Below are positions 26,710-38,300 of a stretch of 64,000 nt of DNA, piece after piece; within the stretch, counting starts at the first letter, position 1, and the number at the start of each line of letters is the position of its first letter. The notes under the pieces were generated by a model. It did no database searches and was not told the DNA's origin. It saw only the letters and a program-made list of their open reading frames with translations. Source of the stretch: Nemertoderma westbladi (Eukaryota > Animalia > Xenacoelomorpha). The stretch spans positions 1 through 64,000 of the forward strand of contig JAUCBJ010008799.1 of assembly GCA_032718475.1 (NCBI GenBank), read 5' to 3'. The position numbers were made by a program, and so were the translations under genes.

Positions 26710-28655
26710 TGAATATTATGGAGAATAATATTTAGATCTGGGAGACCTGTCATATTTATTCCACTCTTCTCCTGAACCTCACATCATGGCTCACCACATG
26801 GCGCAGATCTCCCAACACGGCAACACGGCGTCCGTGCAGGACAACAACCCCTTCTCGGTTCCCAAAACCAGGGCGGAGTTCCTCCTCGAGTTTGCGGATG
26901 TACTGGACGACCCTTTGGCCCCGTTACCGACCATGCAGGGTCCGCCCATGCACATCAAGCTCAAGGAGAATGCTACCCCGTTCCATGTAAACGGTGCTCG
27001 ACCTATCCCCTTCGCATTGCGGGATGAGGTCAAAGAACTCCTGGATGACTTGGAGCGGCGGGAGGTCATCGCACAGGTTGAGGAACCCACGGACTGGGCC
27101 CACCCACTGACGGTCGCGAGAAAACCGAGTGGGAAACTCCAGTTGTGCGTCGATCTGTGACATCTAAACTCGCAGGTGCGACGCCCATACTACCCTACCC
27201 CGAACCCACGGGTGGCGGTTGCTGGAGTTTCTACAACGGCTCAGGTTTTCTCCGTCTTCGATGCCGCCAGTGGATACTGGCAAGTCCCACTCGACGAGGA
27301 GAACTCCTTACCACATTCGTGACCCCTTGGGGCCGCTATTGCCACCTCCGCAGCGTGATGTGGTTAATTTCGTCTGGCGACGAATACAACTGCCATGGAG
27401 ATGACGCCCTTCAGGGACTGCCCAACCTCGTCAAGGTTGTGGATGATGTGCTCATCTATAGCGACACAATGGAGGAACACATGTCCGATGTGCGGCGGTT
27501 CCTAGAGAGGTGCCGGATCCAGGATCACCCTACACCCGGGTAAAATCCAGTTCGCTCAGAGCAAGGTGAAATTCGCTGGGTACCTGATTGGCTTGGATGG
27601 CATACGCGCCGATCCAGCCAAGCTCAGTGCCATTGCTTCCTTCCCCCGTCCAGGGAACATCACGGATCTCCGGAGTTTCGTGGGGCTCGTGGAACAGCTG
27701 GCTCCATTTTCTGGCGAGATTGCCTCGGCCATGTCATAACTCCGTCCACTACTCAGCACCAAGTTGACATTCATCTGGACAAGCGACCACGAGTGAGCTT
27801 TCCAGGTGACAAAGTGGGCACTCACAACCCTGCCCGTCCTTGCACCATTCGACCCAGCCCTGCCCACTCAGCTGGTCACAGACGCCTCGCGATATGTACT
27901 ACTCCAATTCCACAGAGAGACCTGGAGACTGGTGGATTGTGGGTTGAGCTTCACCACGGACACGGAGTCCAGGTACGCGATGGTGGAGATGGAGCTGCTA
28001 GCCATCGCGTGGGCGGTCCAGAAATGTCGCCTCTTTCTGCTCGGCCTCCCACACTTCGAACTGATAGTGGACCATAAACCGCTAGTGACCATCCTCGACA
28101 AATAAACCATCGACGCGACTGACAACACGCGCCTCCAGCGGCTTAAAAGCAAACTGGCCGGCTACCAGTTTACTACCACCTGGAGGAAGGGGAAAGATCA
28201 CGCCATCCCCGATGCCTTATCCCTCGCTCCCGTTGACGACCCGACGCAGGACGACCTCGTTGACGACGGCGACATGGCGAACTACCTATGCGCCGTCACA
28301 GCGCAAACTGCCGCCGAAATTACTGGCCCACTCGCCAAGCACCTCGCCGATCCAGTGCTGGAGGCTCTCTCCAAGAAAGCCCGGGACGACCCCGGCTATA
28401 TGGCCCTGCTCCGTGCGGTGGAAGCAGGATTCCCGGAATCCACCCGGTCGGACCCGGCCATCCGGATCTATTGGTCGGTCAGGGACGTACTGACCACCGA
28501 CCGGGACCTCGTCCTACATGGGCGGCGCATTGTAATACCTGCAGTGGCGCGAAGGACAACCCTAGCTGAATAATATGGAGAATAATATTTAGATCTGGGA
28601 TACCTGTCATATTTATTCCGCTCTTCTCCTGAACCTCACATCATGGCTCACCACA
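26710..28655 (+). mobile_element. Internally deleted Gypsy/Ty3 element with 89-bp LTRs
   Basis: TG..CA repeats at 26710-26798 and 28567-28655; PBS-like TGGCGCAG at 26799. Disrupted RT (KPSGKLQLCVDL, VVDDVLIY) and RNase H (LVTDAS, YAMVEMELLAI, VDHKPL). gag, protease and most of integrase are absent. Confidence 0.85.
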
Positions 28656-28959
28656 GTTATTAACACCGTATTTGCCCGATTGAGTTGTGAATTCAGGGGG
28701 AGAGAGCCCTTTGATGTCATTTGTAAGTATTTTTTGTTTTGAGAGTGACTAGCTTATTCTAGCAGCTAGCACCCGATTATTTTAGTAAACAGTCACCAAA
28801 ACCTAGTAAAATAAATACGTACAAAATTGCTCTATGACATAACACACATACATACACACACGCGTTTTAAGACTTCTGTTTGTCTACGGATTAATTTAGA
28901 TTTTGCCTGTCTTATCTGCCAACAGTACGCTAGTGGCCAGCCAACCCGCTAGCTAGTTA

Positions 28960-29723
28960 CTTATACCCATACAAATCATACCGCAGCAAGTGTACAGCAG
29001 TTGTAGGTCCAGCAGCATTAGATAGGATTCGCTGCGTGCGATTGTTTCTCGCAAGTTTGGTATGTTTTCTGGAGATTGTATTTCTGCCTCACCAGTTAGA
29101 GACTGGTCATACCTGTTTGTCACGTTAGACAATGCAATTGATTCACCCTAGTTCTAGCAGAAGACATCAGGCACCGATCTCGCCAGCAGCAGTTGGTGGA
29201 CTGTTACAGTAGTATCTATTAGTAAGTAGACTCTGACTGCGTTGGCATTCTACAGCAACACTTAATAGAGGAGCCTGTATTATACACAGAATTGTGTATA
29301 GTCTGCTGGTCTTGGCAGTTGCGCTTTTTCCAGGACTTTCTCAGCCTTTCTTACTGTTAGCTTGACTGACACGATGGTAGACATCAACCAAGGAGAAAGA
29401 TAACCGTGGGAAGTCCACAGAATTCTTTACCACGTCATGATCGCTGGTACGCGAGGTTTCAAGAATACAGTGTATTAATATGTTCAAGCAGCGAATGTAT
29501 TGGCGTAGGGTGTCGGACTCGTATTACAGGCGTTTATTATCAGCTTTGAGGTGTGGGATTTCTTGTAGAAGGTTCAGGATTAGTGCGGTAGAGTTTTAAC
29601 TTGCGTGAGATCCTCTCGGATCAAGTTAAGCGATTCTGCAAGGGAAGTTAAGTTTGGGGTAACTTTGTCAGAATTGTTACTGCCTGGGCTTTGTCTCTCT
29701 AGTTTGGTGCTTCCTTGAGTCAT
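28960..29723 (-). pseudogene. Degenerate ORF1 of a CR1/L2/Crack-like non-LTR element
   Basis: Minus-strand reading gives a coiled-coil stretch followed by DTLRQYIRCLNILIHCILE, resembling the LEQYSRxxNxxIxGIPE motif of these ORF1 proteins. Multiple stops. Confidence 0.45.
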
Positions 29724-30936
29724 CGTGCTGTTGTGTACAGTCGTTTCTCCGTTTCAGTCATTTGTGTAGTTGTGCGGAAAATGAGGTTGGTGAGTGTGTG
29801 AATAAGACTTTCATGAGTTCTTGATCCTGGGGAAATATCCTACAGTCAGTGTGACATCTAACTGCAGTTGTAGTAGTCTGTACCGGTACCAGTATTAAAT
29901 ATTGAAAAAATACAAGTACTAACTGTTCTCAAGTACTCTAACATAAAATTAAACACATCGGGGCCTACCCTATGGGGTATCCTACTTCTGTAGTAGGCGT
30001 TAATAATTCACAATGATAACTGTGGTTATCGAAATATATATTGATTATGAATATTTCCTTTTTATTATTAATTAAATATATATTCATTATTCCTAATTAA
30101 ACTATTGATCAGTATGAAATGTGTTAGGTACATAATGCATAATAGTACAATTCATTTAATAATAGTACAACACCGAATTCTCCCATGCCCTATTTTAAAA
30201 ACATAATCAACAAATAAGTAGGTTTGTATAATTTTAAATATATGTGTTTTAGAACTTTAAATATCATATTCTAGAGCATTTTTTATATTCTAATAAGTAT
30301 AAGTGATGTTCTAGACCTATAACATTAATATAAATAAAAAAAAAACTGTAAAAATAGCTCGTAAATTTAAATATTTAGTAAATACCATGAAAATAATGCC
30401 ATACAATAAATAATTATATGCTACCAAAAGAAACCACATTATTCATTGGTATACATACATTGATACATACATACATAGTATACTGCGTATTGGTATTCTA
30501 AGAGTCAGTCTACTAATATGCAATACCTATTAACTTATAAATGTGAATACAAGATTCTTACACCCCACTGTAACTGTAAAACTAGTTGATATCAGAAACA
30601 ATATACATCGCAAGTCACAAAACTAATCTTATTCTTTATTCATGACACTTCCTCTGGGGTCCATCCATCCACATCGCTTGACTGGTTCATACAAAAGCAG
30701 GTTCCCTGGCCAGACTCCGCGTGATTGTGAAATATGTGAGGTCGATATTCAACTAGAGATACACTCAGGCATCGGATTATTACAATTTCGAACCCTCACC
30801 ATTGATAAAATCTACTAACAGTCCATGACCCAGAATGTCAATACTAACATATTACAACATATTAAAATCTAACATAATACAATTAATAAAAAAGTTTATA
30901 ATAATAAACCAACATCAGACCTATTGTATCCAACAT

Positions 30937-33900
30937 TTATTCACTAGGATTCTTAGCTATAAAATGTAAAAAACTGTTCTTGTTTTTAATTAATCGTTTT
31001 GGTTCATCAAATTCCACAATTTCTCCTTCACTCATAACTATTATGCGATTGCTGTTTAAGATGGTATTTATCCTATGAGCAATTGTCAAAACTGTTGCAT
31101 TGCGGAAATTCTTTCTGATTGCTGTCTGTATAATTTCATCTGTAAACTGATCGATAGAAGATGTTGCTTCATCAATTAGAACAACCTTCGATTTTTTTAA
31201 CATTGCTCTTGCTAAACATACCAATTGTTTCTCGCCAACACTTAGGTTACCTCCACGATTTTCAATTCCAAAATTCAAAATATCAATTTGTCTCTCATGT
31301 GGTATAAGTGAACCATATCCAAAACATGTACCACCAACCCTTTTAAAAACAAATTTCATTTCCAATGAAGTTCTCAATTGCACACTTTCCAAAGCCTTAA
31401 TTATCTCTATACTATCAAACTCATTAAATGGATCTAAATTAAATCGCAAAGTCCCTTCAAAAAGAAAGGGATCTTGGGGAATAACTGCAATGGACTTCCG
31501 TAAATCATGTAAACCAATTTCAGTTATATCAACACCATCTATGGTGATTGTTCCTTGAGGTTCAACAAGTCGAAGTAACACTGTAAATAAGGAGGATTTT
31601 CCTGCTCCTGTGCGCCCAACTATTCCTATTTTCTCAGATGGTCTCGTTTGAAGATTTATTTTATGTAGGACCTCATTGTCTCCATAATTAAGTTTCACAT
31701 TATTGAAGGAGATAATTCCAGCTTTAGGCCAATTGTTTGGAATTTGAGTTCCAGTACTGAGAAAAGGAGCCTCTTGATCTAGTTTGGAGTAATCAAAAAC
31801 ACGTTCAACCGATGTTAAATCAATTTCTAGCTGAACTGATACCATCATCAAGTATATTATCATGTTTACTATGCCAAACACATATATTACTGCAACACAT
31901 AATATCTCTGTTGAAACAAGGCTGTCCATGTACAAAGAAATCAGAAGAACAAATATGCTGAAAATGGCATAAGGAATAGATACAGTTATAGTAACTAAGG
32001 CACTCATTACTTTAACCATAAACAATGATTCAGTATGTTTATCTAAGTGGCTGAAGAAACATTTGACATAAAATGGTTGGACACCAAATGCTTTTATAAC
32101 ATCACGGCCTTCTATGGTATCAGATGCATGTTGAAATATTGGATTTCTTGTTGATCCTTCAATAAACTTCACTTGTTTAAGAGATTTCATAATATACCAA
32201 CGTATTTTGAAAATTATGACAAGTAGAGGAATAGCTAACAGTAAAGTCCATGGATTAGCTATTCCAGCAACTAAGATCGCAAGAATACATTGACCAAAAG
32301 AATGTGTCATAACTGCAACCATTTCTGCTAATTTGTTATCTAATATTCCTAAGTCCTTAGAGAAACGGTTCAGTACGCCACCTACAGGATTCTGCTCAAA
32401 GAATTTCATTGTTGCGTGTGAAACTTTATGGAAGATTTCACAATGTAATTTGTCAGATGCTCTTAGTATAATGAAATATATCGAAAATATACTAAAAGCA
32501 CCACCAAATATATAGGAAAAAACCAGATATGCATATACAAGAACAATATCTTTCCACTGGCTTTCATTGATGAATTCGTTAAGTAAATTAACATCAAGTG
32601 AATTATATTTTAGTGAATCATTAAATGATGCTTGCATTGCCCAAGCTACCAAAAAATAATCCGACAATGATAAATAAATATATGACAAAGTTAATGATGA
32701 TATGAAGACTAAAATACTAGGTACATTCATACCACCTTTAATAAAAGCAATAAATTTTGCAAATGATGACTCAAATCTTTGTTCTATGAATGTATCAGAT
32801 ATAATGCCAGTATTAGCAGCATGATCATCTCCTATCATTATTTCATCTTCAGACATTTTAGTAAACCTAGCTTGATTATATTTCAATGTTTCTGTTGAAT
32901 ATTTATTCAGTGTTTCAGATATATCATTGTCATAAAGAGAAACTATTTTGGAATTTGCCGGTATAATTTGTAAAAGGTGAGTGACCAATATCACAATTCC
33001 TCTTGATTGACAGTGTTTTAAACAGTTGTCTACTAAGGTTTGGGCCACTCGTCTATCTACAGCCGAAAGAGGATCATCCATGAGGTATATATTCGCCCTA
33101 GAGTAAACTGCTCTTGCTAAGGCTATACGAGCTTTTTGTCCTCCAGATAATGAAATACCCTTTTCACCAACTAATGTCATATCTCCATCTTCAAATTGTA
33201 ATAAATCCACTGTCAAACAACTTAGTTCAATAACTTCATTGTACCAATCTCGCTCAAATATTTGTCCCAACAATATATTTTCCCTTATAGTTCCTGAGAA
33301 AATGAATGGTGTTTGAGATACATAAGCCATATTTCCATTTTTCTCAATTGAACCACTTTCAGTAGGCAACTCACCTAGTATCGCCTGCAATAGACTTGAC
33401 TTCCCAGAACCCACTGGACCTATGATATATACGATTTCACCGAAAACCGCTTTGAATGTTATGTTTTGAATGACTGTTCCGTTGTTGACAGACCATCGTC
33501 CTGATCCTGAAATATTTTTTACATTTAGAAAAACATCTTTAGGATCAAACATATTTCTACATTTTCCTACTTCTTCGAATTCCTCAACAGCAAATACATT
33601 ACAACTGAAACCAATAAATGTATTAATTCGTTGGAAAACACATTGAAGTTCTCCTAATTCACGTAAGGCTGCACCAAACATGGATAATGCTGGAATTAAA
33701 TTTGACAATATAATGTTTGCACTGAGTACTGTGTTAATATTTAATCGAAATCCAAGAGCAGTGTAGAGTACGTAGACACAAAAGTAAACAACATTGATAT
33801 AGGCAAATGTAATGAGAGAGTTGAATGAGTTGCAATACATGATTTTACATATCTGCGAGAATTCTTTACTACGGGCCTTTTTTACAGCTTCTTCAAAGAG

Positions 33901-34578
33901 TTCTTCTAAGCCATAAACTTTGATAGCCTTCATACCAAATAATATTTCACTCATCAGTGTTATTCTCCTATCAGTTAACACAGCAGCTTTTCCTCTTACA
34001 CTTGAAAAGTACTTTGCAAATCCCAGACTCAATGGGATAACCAAGATTAGAAGAAACATCCCAAATAATCCAGACCATCCCAGATAGAAGAACATTAAGG
34101 GAAACACTATAATTATCATAATAGGAGTTACCATTAGATAATTCCCCAAAACTGCAAATATCTCAAATCTTCCTACATCTGTAGATAACAGGTTGGTAAT
34201 CTGTCCAGTTGATATATTTTGGATATTGAAAGAATTTAATGTCATTATTTTTCTAAAAATCAGGGTACTGCAACAAACTTGAATCTTTATCCACAATAGT
34301 TTAGAATATAATGTAGAATTAGTAGATGCGACTACAGATATAAATGAAGCTACTCCAATTATTAAACAATCAACTAATGCTCTTTGTCTCGAAACATTTC
34401 TATCAATTTTTAAATAGTATTCAATCAAGCTGTGTAGATATATAACTTTAACTATCAGGCAAACTTCGTGAATGATTCTTATGCAACAACAAATAAGATA
34501 TTCTTTCCAATATATTCTTAATAATGTGCGCTCAATATCCAATTGTTCCTGACTCTTCCTTCCCTCTACATCCACAAT
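30937..34578 (-). CDS. ABCC4: ABCC4/MRP4-like ABC transporter, coding exon 2 (TMD1-NBD1-TMD2-NBD2)
   Basis: Walker A GPVGSGKSS and GRTGAGKSS; signatures LSGGQKARIALAR and LSVGEKQLVCLAR; Walker B YLMDDPLSAVD and LIDEATS. Splice acceptor tttttcatttgtag immediately before 34578, phase 0. The symbol indicates subfamily likeness, not proven orthology. Confidence 0.93.
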   Translation of the reverse strand: MVDVEGRKSQEQLDIERTLLRIYWKEYLICCCIRIIHEVCLIVKVIYLHSLIEYYLKIDRNVSRQRALVDCLIIGVASFISVVASTNSTLYSKLLWIKIQVCCSTLIFRKIMTLNSFNIQNISTGQITNLLSTDVGRFEIFAVLGNYLMVTPIMIIIVFPLMFFYLGWSGLFGMFLLILVIPLSLGFAKYFSSVRGKAAVLTDRRITLMSEILFGMKAIKVYGLEELFEEAVKKARSKEFSQICKIMYCNSFNSLITFAYINVVYFCVYVLYTALGFRLNINTVLSANIILSNLIPALSMFGAALRELGELQCVFQRINTFIGFSCNVFAVEEFEEVGKCRNMFDPKDVFLNVKNISGSGRWSVNNGTVIQNITFKAVFGEIVYIIGPVGSGKSSLLQAILGELPTESGSIEKNGNMAYVSQTPFIFSGTIRENILLGQIFERDWYNEVIELSCLTVDLLQFEDGDMTLVGEKGISLSGGQKARIALARAVYSRANIYLMDDPLSAVDRRVAQTLVDNCLKHCQSRGIVILVTHLLQIIPANSKIVSLYDNDISETLNKYSTETLKYNQARFTKMSEDEIMIGDDHAANTGIISDTFIEQRFESSFAKFIAFIKGGMNVPSILVFISSLTLSYIYLSLSDYFLVAWAMQASFNDSLKYNSLDVNLLNEFINESQWKDIVLVYAYLVFSYIFGGAFSIFSIYFIILRASDKLHCEIFHKVSHATMKFFEQNPVGGVLNRFSKDLGILDNKLAEMVAVMTHSFGQCILAILVAGIANPWTLLLAIPLLVIIFKIRWYIMKSLKQVKFIEGSTRNPIFQHASDTIEGRDVIKAFGVQPFYVKCFFSHLDKHTESLFMVKVMSALVTITVSIPYAIFSIFVLLISLYMDSLVSTEILCVAVIYVFGIVNMIIYLMMVSVQLEIDLTSVERVFDYSKLDQEAPFLSTGTQIPNNWPKAGIISFNNVKLNYGDNEVLHKINLQTRPSEKIGIVGRTGAGKSSLFTVLLRLVEPQGTITIDGVDITEIGLHDLRKSIAVIPQDPFLFEGTLRFNLDPFNEFDSIEIIKALESVQLRTSLEMKFVFKRVGGTCFGYGSLIPHERQIDILNFGIENRGGNLSVGEKQLVCLARAMLKKSKVVLIDEATSSIDQFTDEIIQTAIRKNFRNATVLTIAHRINTILNSNRIIVMSEGEIVEFDEPKRLIKNKNSFLHFIAKNPSE

Positions 34579-34668
34579 CTACAAATGAAAAATAATTATT
34601 GAAAGCAGTGTAAAATATATTAAAGAGGATAAGTTTAATTATATTACACTATAACACTGTGGCAACAC

Positions 34669-34900
34669 TGCTCCTTACATTATGGGGCGAGCCACGAAAT
34701 CTAGGTTGGCCTTTGCATAGCGATATAATTAGTACCTTTATATAATATATTTAGATATAATTAGTAAAATTGTGTAACTTCGCCGTCATTTAAAATGTTT
34801 GAACGCTAATAAGTCGGTCAATCATTGATGAAAGGAACCAAACTTGGTAAATATGTGGCGGACAACAATTTAGAAATTCTACAGAAGTTATAGAAAATCA
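34669..34900 (+). repeat. Truncated copy of the HINE-like repeat
   Basis: tgctcc...tggggcgagccacg head and ttgaacgctaat...gaaccaaactt...tttagaaa align with 16269-16493. Confidence 0.55.
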
Positions 34901-35224
34901 CAAAAAACAGTAAGACTGAACACTCCTAGCACGATCTGCCAAATATCTCCACATCGACAGAAAAAATCGCTCTGATTGGCTGTTAAGCTAAACAAAGAAC
35001 CATGTGTCCAATGGCCGTTTCCATGTCAGCAACCAGCTGTTAGATGTCGTAATCTGAATCATCAAGGCTAAGCTGTGCCAGGGTATTTGACGCATTGCGG
35101 GTTTTTTGCCTTACCATGTCCGCCAAAGCACACATACAGAAGAATGACTTTTATGTCCGTTAAAACACCTATAACGGTACCTTGTGGGCGAGGGGGACTG
35201 ATTATATCCGCAAAAGCTTTTACA
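34897..35224 (-). repeat. 3' LTR (distal end apparently deleted)
   Basis: Identity to 52104-52431 stops without a CA terminus or TSD. Confidence 0.85.
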
Positions 35225-35302
35225 CCGCTCCCAGAAAATGGGATTCAAGTTTATAAATATACAAAAATCACAGTTTCTAATATATGTAAATACTCTAAAC
35301 AG

Positions 35303-38300
35303 TTAGTCTTTCTTGCGCGGACGGCGTTTACGCAGTTTTTTAAAGCTGGCCAGAGTCCTTTTCTCTTTGGGGCGAGCCACCTTACAAGGAGGGCTATAAC
35401 TCCTGGGTGAAGTGTGCAATATAATTGCATCAGAGGGTGTAGGATTATGGTCGGAGTATCCGCCAGTCGAAGTGCCGGGTTGATTGACATCAACGTCGGG
35501 GGAGAGGGGTCTAACGGCTTTGAGAGCGCGTTTTAAGACAGCCGCTCTTACGGGTCCTTTACGAGTGGTCTGAACGAGAGCCGTGGGTGGACCATAGGCA
35601 GTTAGAAACCTCCGGGGTTTAATGGTTCTTTCCAACTCGCGTTCGCGGGCTCGGTATTCGTAAGGCCGTCGATATACTTCCTGTAACTCGGGGTGTGAGT
35701 TAACAAATAAGTCTCCATAGTCCGGATCCTGACGGATATAATTGATTAAGTTATAGGAATGAAGGTCGCTAGGATTAACACTCCTGAGAAATTTGCGTAC
35801 GAACTTGGTTGAAATACATTCTCCGACGCGCTTCAGCAGTTCGTAACTCGATATGCGGGATTTCTGTTCGACAGAAGCGAATAGATAAGGATGGAACGCA
35901 TAAATTCCTTCGTAAGCGCGTCCAGGATAATAACGATGGCGCGAATCACAATGTAAATCAGCGTTCGCTTCCCAAGCTCTGATGTAACGTAGTGTGATCA
36001 TTTCATCTACGCTTTCCAAATCGTGATTAAAAGGACAATCGAAACTGGCGTGTCCCTTTAGTTGACAATGATGACATTGAGTCATAAATTGAGGGCAAAC
36101 CGCAAAAATATGCAAGTTATTGAGTCTGCAATATGCGCAATAAATTTCCATCGTCGGTTGTTCTTGGAAATAGGAACAGCGGACGTTTGTGTCCATGGGC
36201 GTAACATGGTCTCTCGATGCGCATAACTGACAACGTTGCCTAGAAACATAGTTGGCATGTCGATAATCGTACGCAGTGAGACACTGTGGACCTTGATACC
36301 ATTCTATGATGTAATCGTTGTCGCTGTTCCGGGGCGCGATAGGCTGAATCTCCTCAGATTCTAGACATATTGGTTCGTCTTCCAAGTGCATAGCTGAGGT
36401 GGGCGTGTCTGTCTCTTCAAGTGGACCTATTGTCTGAATTTCCACGACAGAATAACCTGTGGGGATTCGAGGTCTTTGTATAACAGAGGAGTGCAAGTTC
36501 GATATACAAACCTCTTTGAAAATGGCGAATCCAGCGCTATCCAACTTCTCTGCAGCTGAGTTTCTTAGGCTGAGCTTGGTCAAAGCGCGGTCTTTAAATT
36601 GGCTATCCACGTTGCGGAACGGGGTTAAAAATCGCCGGAAACATTCAAAGCGGATGAATTTATTATGTTCATCTAGCTTAGCGAGTTTGGTCCCAAGTAT
36701 TAATGGATGGGCGCGTATAGTACGACTGCACACATCGGCTAGCCAACCGGCAAGTGCGGTGTTTTCAAAGATTGTGTAGATAGCTAAGGAGGGACGGAGT
36801 GGAACACTCATGAAGCTATACACGGCGCCAGGTGCGGTTAATGGTCCATCAAAGTATAATCGAGAATAATGATCTCCTTATACTTGTTGATAGTTGATGG
36901 GATTTCCGACTTTGAAATTCCATCCGTATTCCTGAAAGGCAAGATGTCCGATGGAAGTTCATTGCACCTTTGTAATGTTGCTAGACGTATTAGCATACAT
37001 GGTGCGAAAGAAACCTCGACCTTCTGCCCAGGGAGCAATCAGCTGAGTATCAACGAAAGGGTATGGAATGTTCTCCATATTCCGAAAGTCGTTTTGGAGA
37101 TCTCCATAAACAGCTGAGCCGATTTTAAGGATTCTTTCGTTGAACAACATCTCGAGTACGGGCTGGGGTAACATCGATCCATCGATACCCATGGCCGGTT
37201 TGCGTTCGGTGTCAATGACGTAACGCTGCGCGAGTTCGAATTGTCCATGTCGGAGATTCTTTTGTGTTTCGGTGAGAGTTTCAAAGGAATAATCAATCAC
37301 GTCGGAACATGCTCGAGTAAACACGTGGGTAGAACCAGCTAATCCGCGTATGTGGATCATGCGCGTAGTTCCTAGTTCTCCGACCGGAACGCTACCTTCA
37401 TTATCGTAGGTGACAACTCCATACATCTCAATAACATTAAGAGTTTCATTCCACTCCTTGGTGGCGTTCTCTAGGGTCATCCCTACTGGATGCCACAAGG
37501 TGGCGCATTGGTTAGCGTCAGGGAGATCACTATACTTCATGTGCCGAGTGGTATACGTCTCCACATTTCCATATCTTTGTATTTTCTCTTCTTCAAATAA
37601 TACATCTAGATTCCAATGGACTAATCGAGTTTTAATAAATCCATCGAGATTATAAGGGGGTTCTATATCTTTCTCGATTCTAGAAATGTTATATGGTTTT
37701 CTAAATGAGTTTACCTTTACTAACTGATCCAGATGTTTCTGCAATTGTTCGAGTTCGACAATGTCTAGAGGATTTATTAGTGGTAGAAACTTTAAATTAT
37801 GCGTCGGGTCTTCTGGTTTTACCATATAATATTGAGTCAGATTAACGTAATAAGGGTGGTCTTTAATCCCATAAAACGAGTTCTGTAAAGGTCTAGCGCG
37901 TATGTTGACATCGTGTACCATACGACGGACAAGATCCGCTCGATTGTCCGGAGGTTCAACGAGTATACCGTCAACACGAGCGGCCTCGATCGGCGGACGC
38001 TGTAACATAGGGGCGTCAGCGATAAGATTTTGCGATCCTGTACTGATATCAACCGGTTGAGGTTGTATCGTCGCGAAGAGTTTGTCTCCGAAATGTGGAA
38101 TCATCGAGGGATGACGGACGGTTTTAGAGTAGAGATCCGTCATAAGGATTTGAGCTTCAGGTTGGGCTAAAGCGGCTTCTTCTCTCTCGTCCATTTTCGT
38201 GTGTTTCTCCTCGAGTAGATTTTCTTCCGTTTGTCTCTGTAAGCGTTCATCTAAAAATTCTTGTAGAGAATACGTGCGTCCAAGCTCGATGTCCTCCTCG

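Noticed and set aside
30937-34575. ABCC as a single-exon, GTG-initiated or bacterial-derived gene
   Set aside because: A splice acceptor precedes it and a matching N-terminal exon exists at 52980-53162; the full TMD-NBD-TMD-NBD layout is eukaryotic ABCC.
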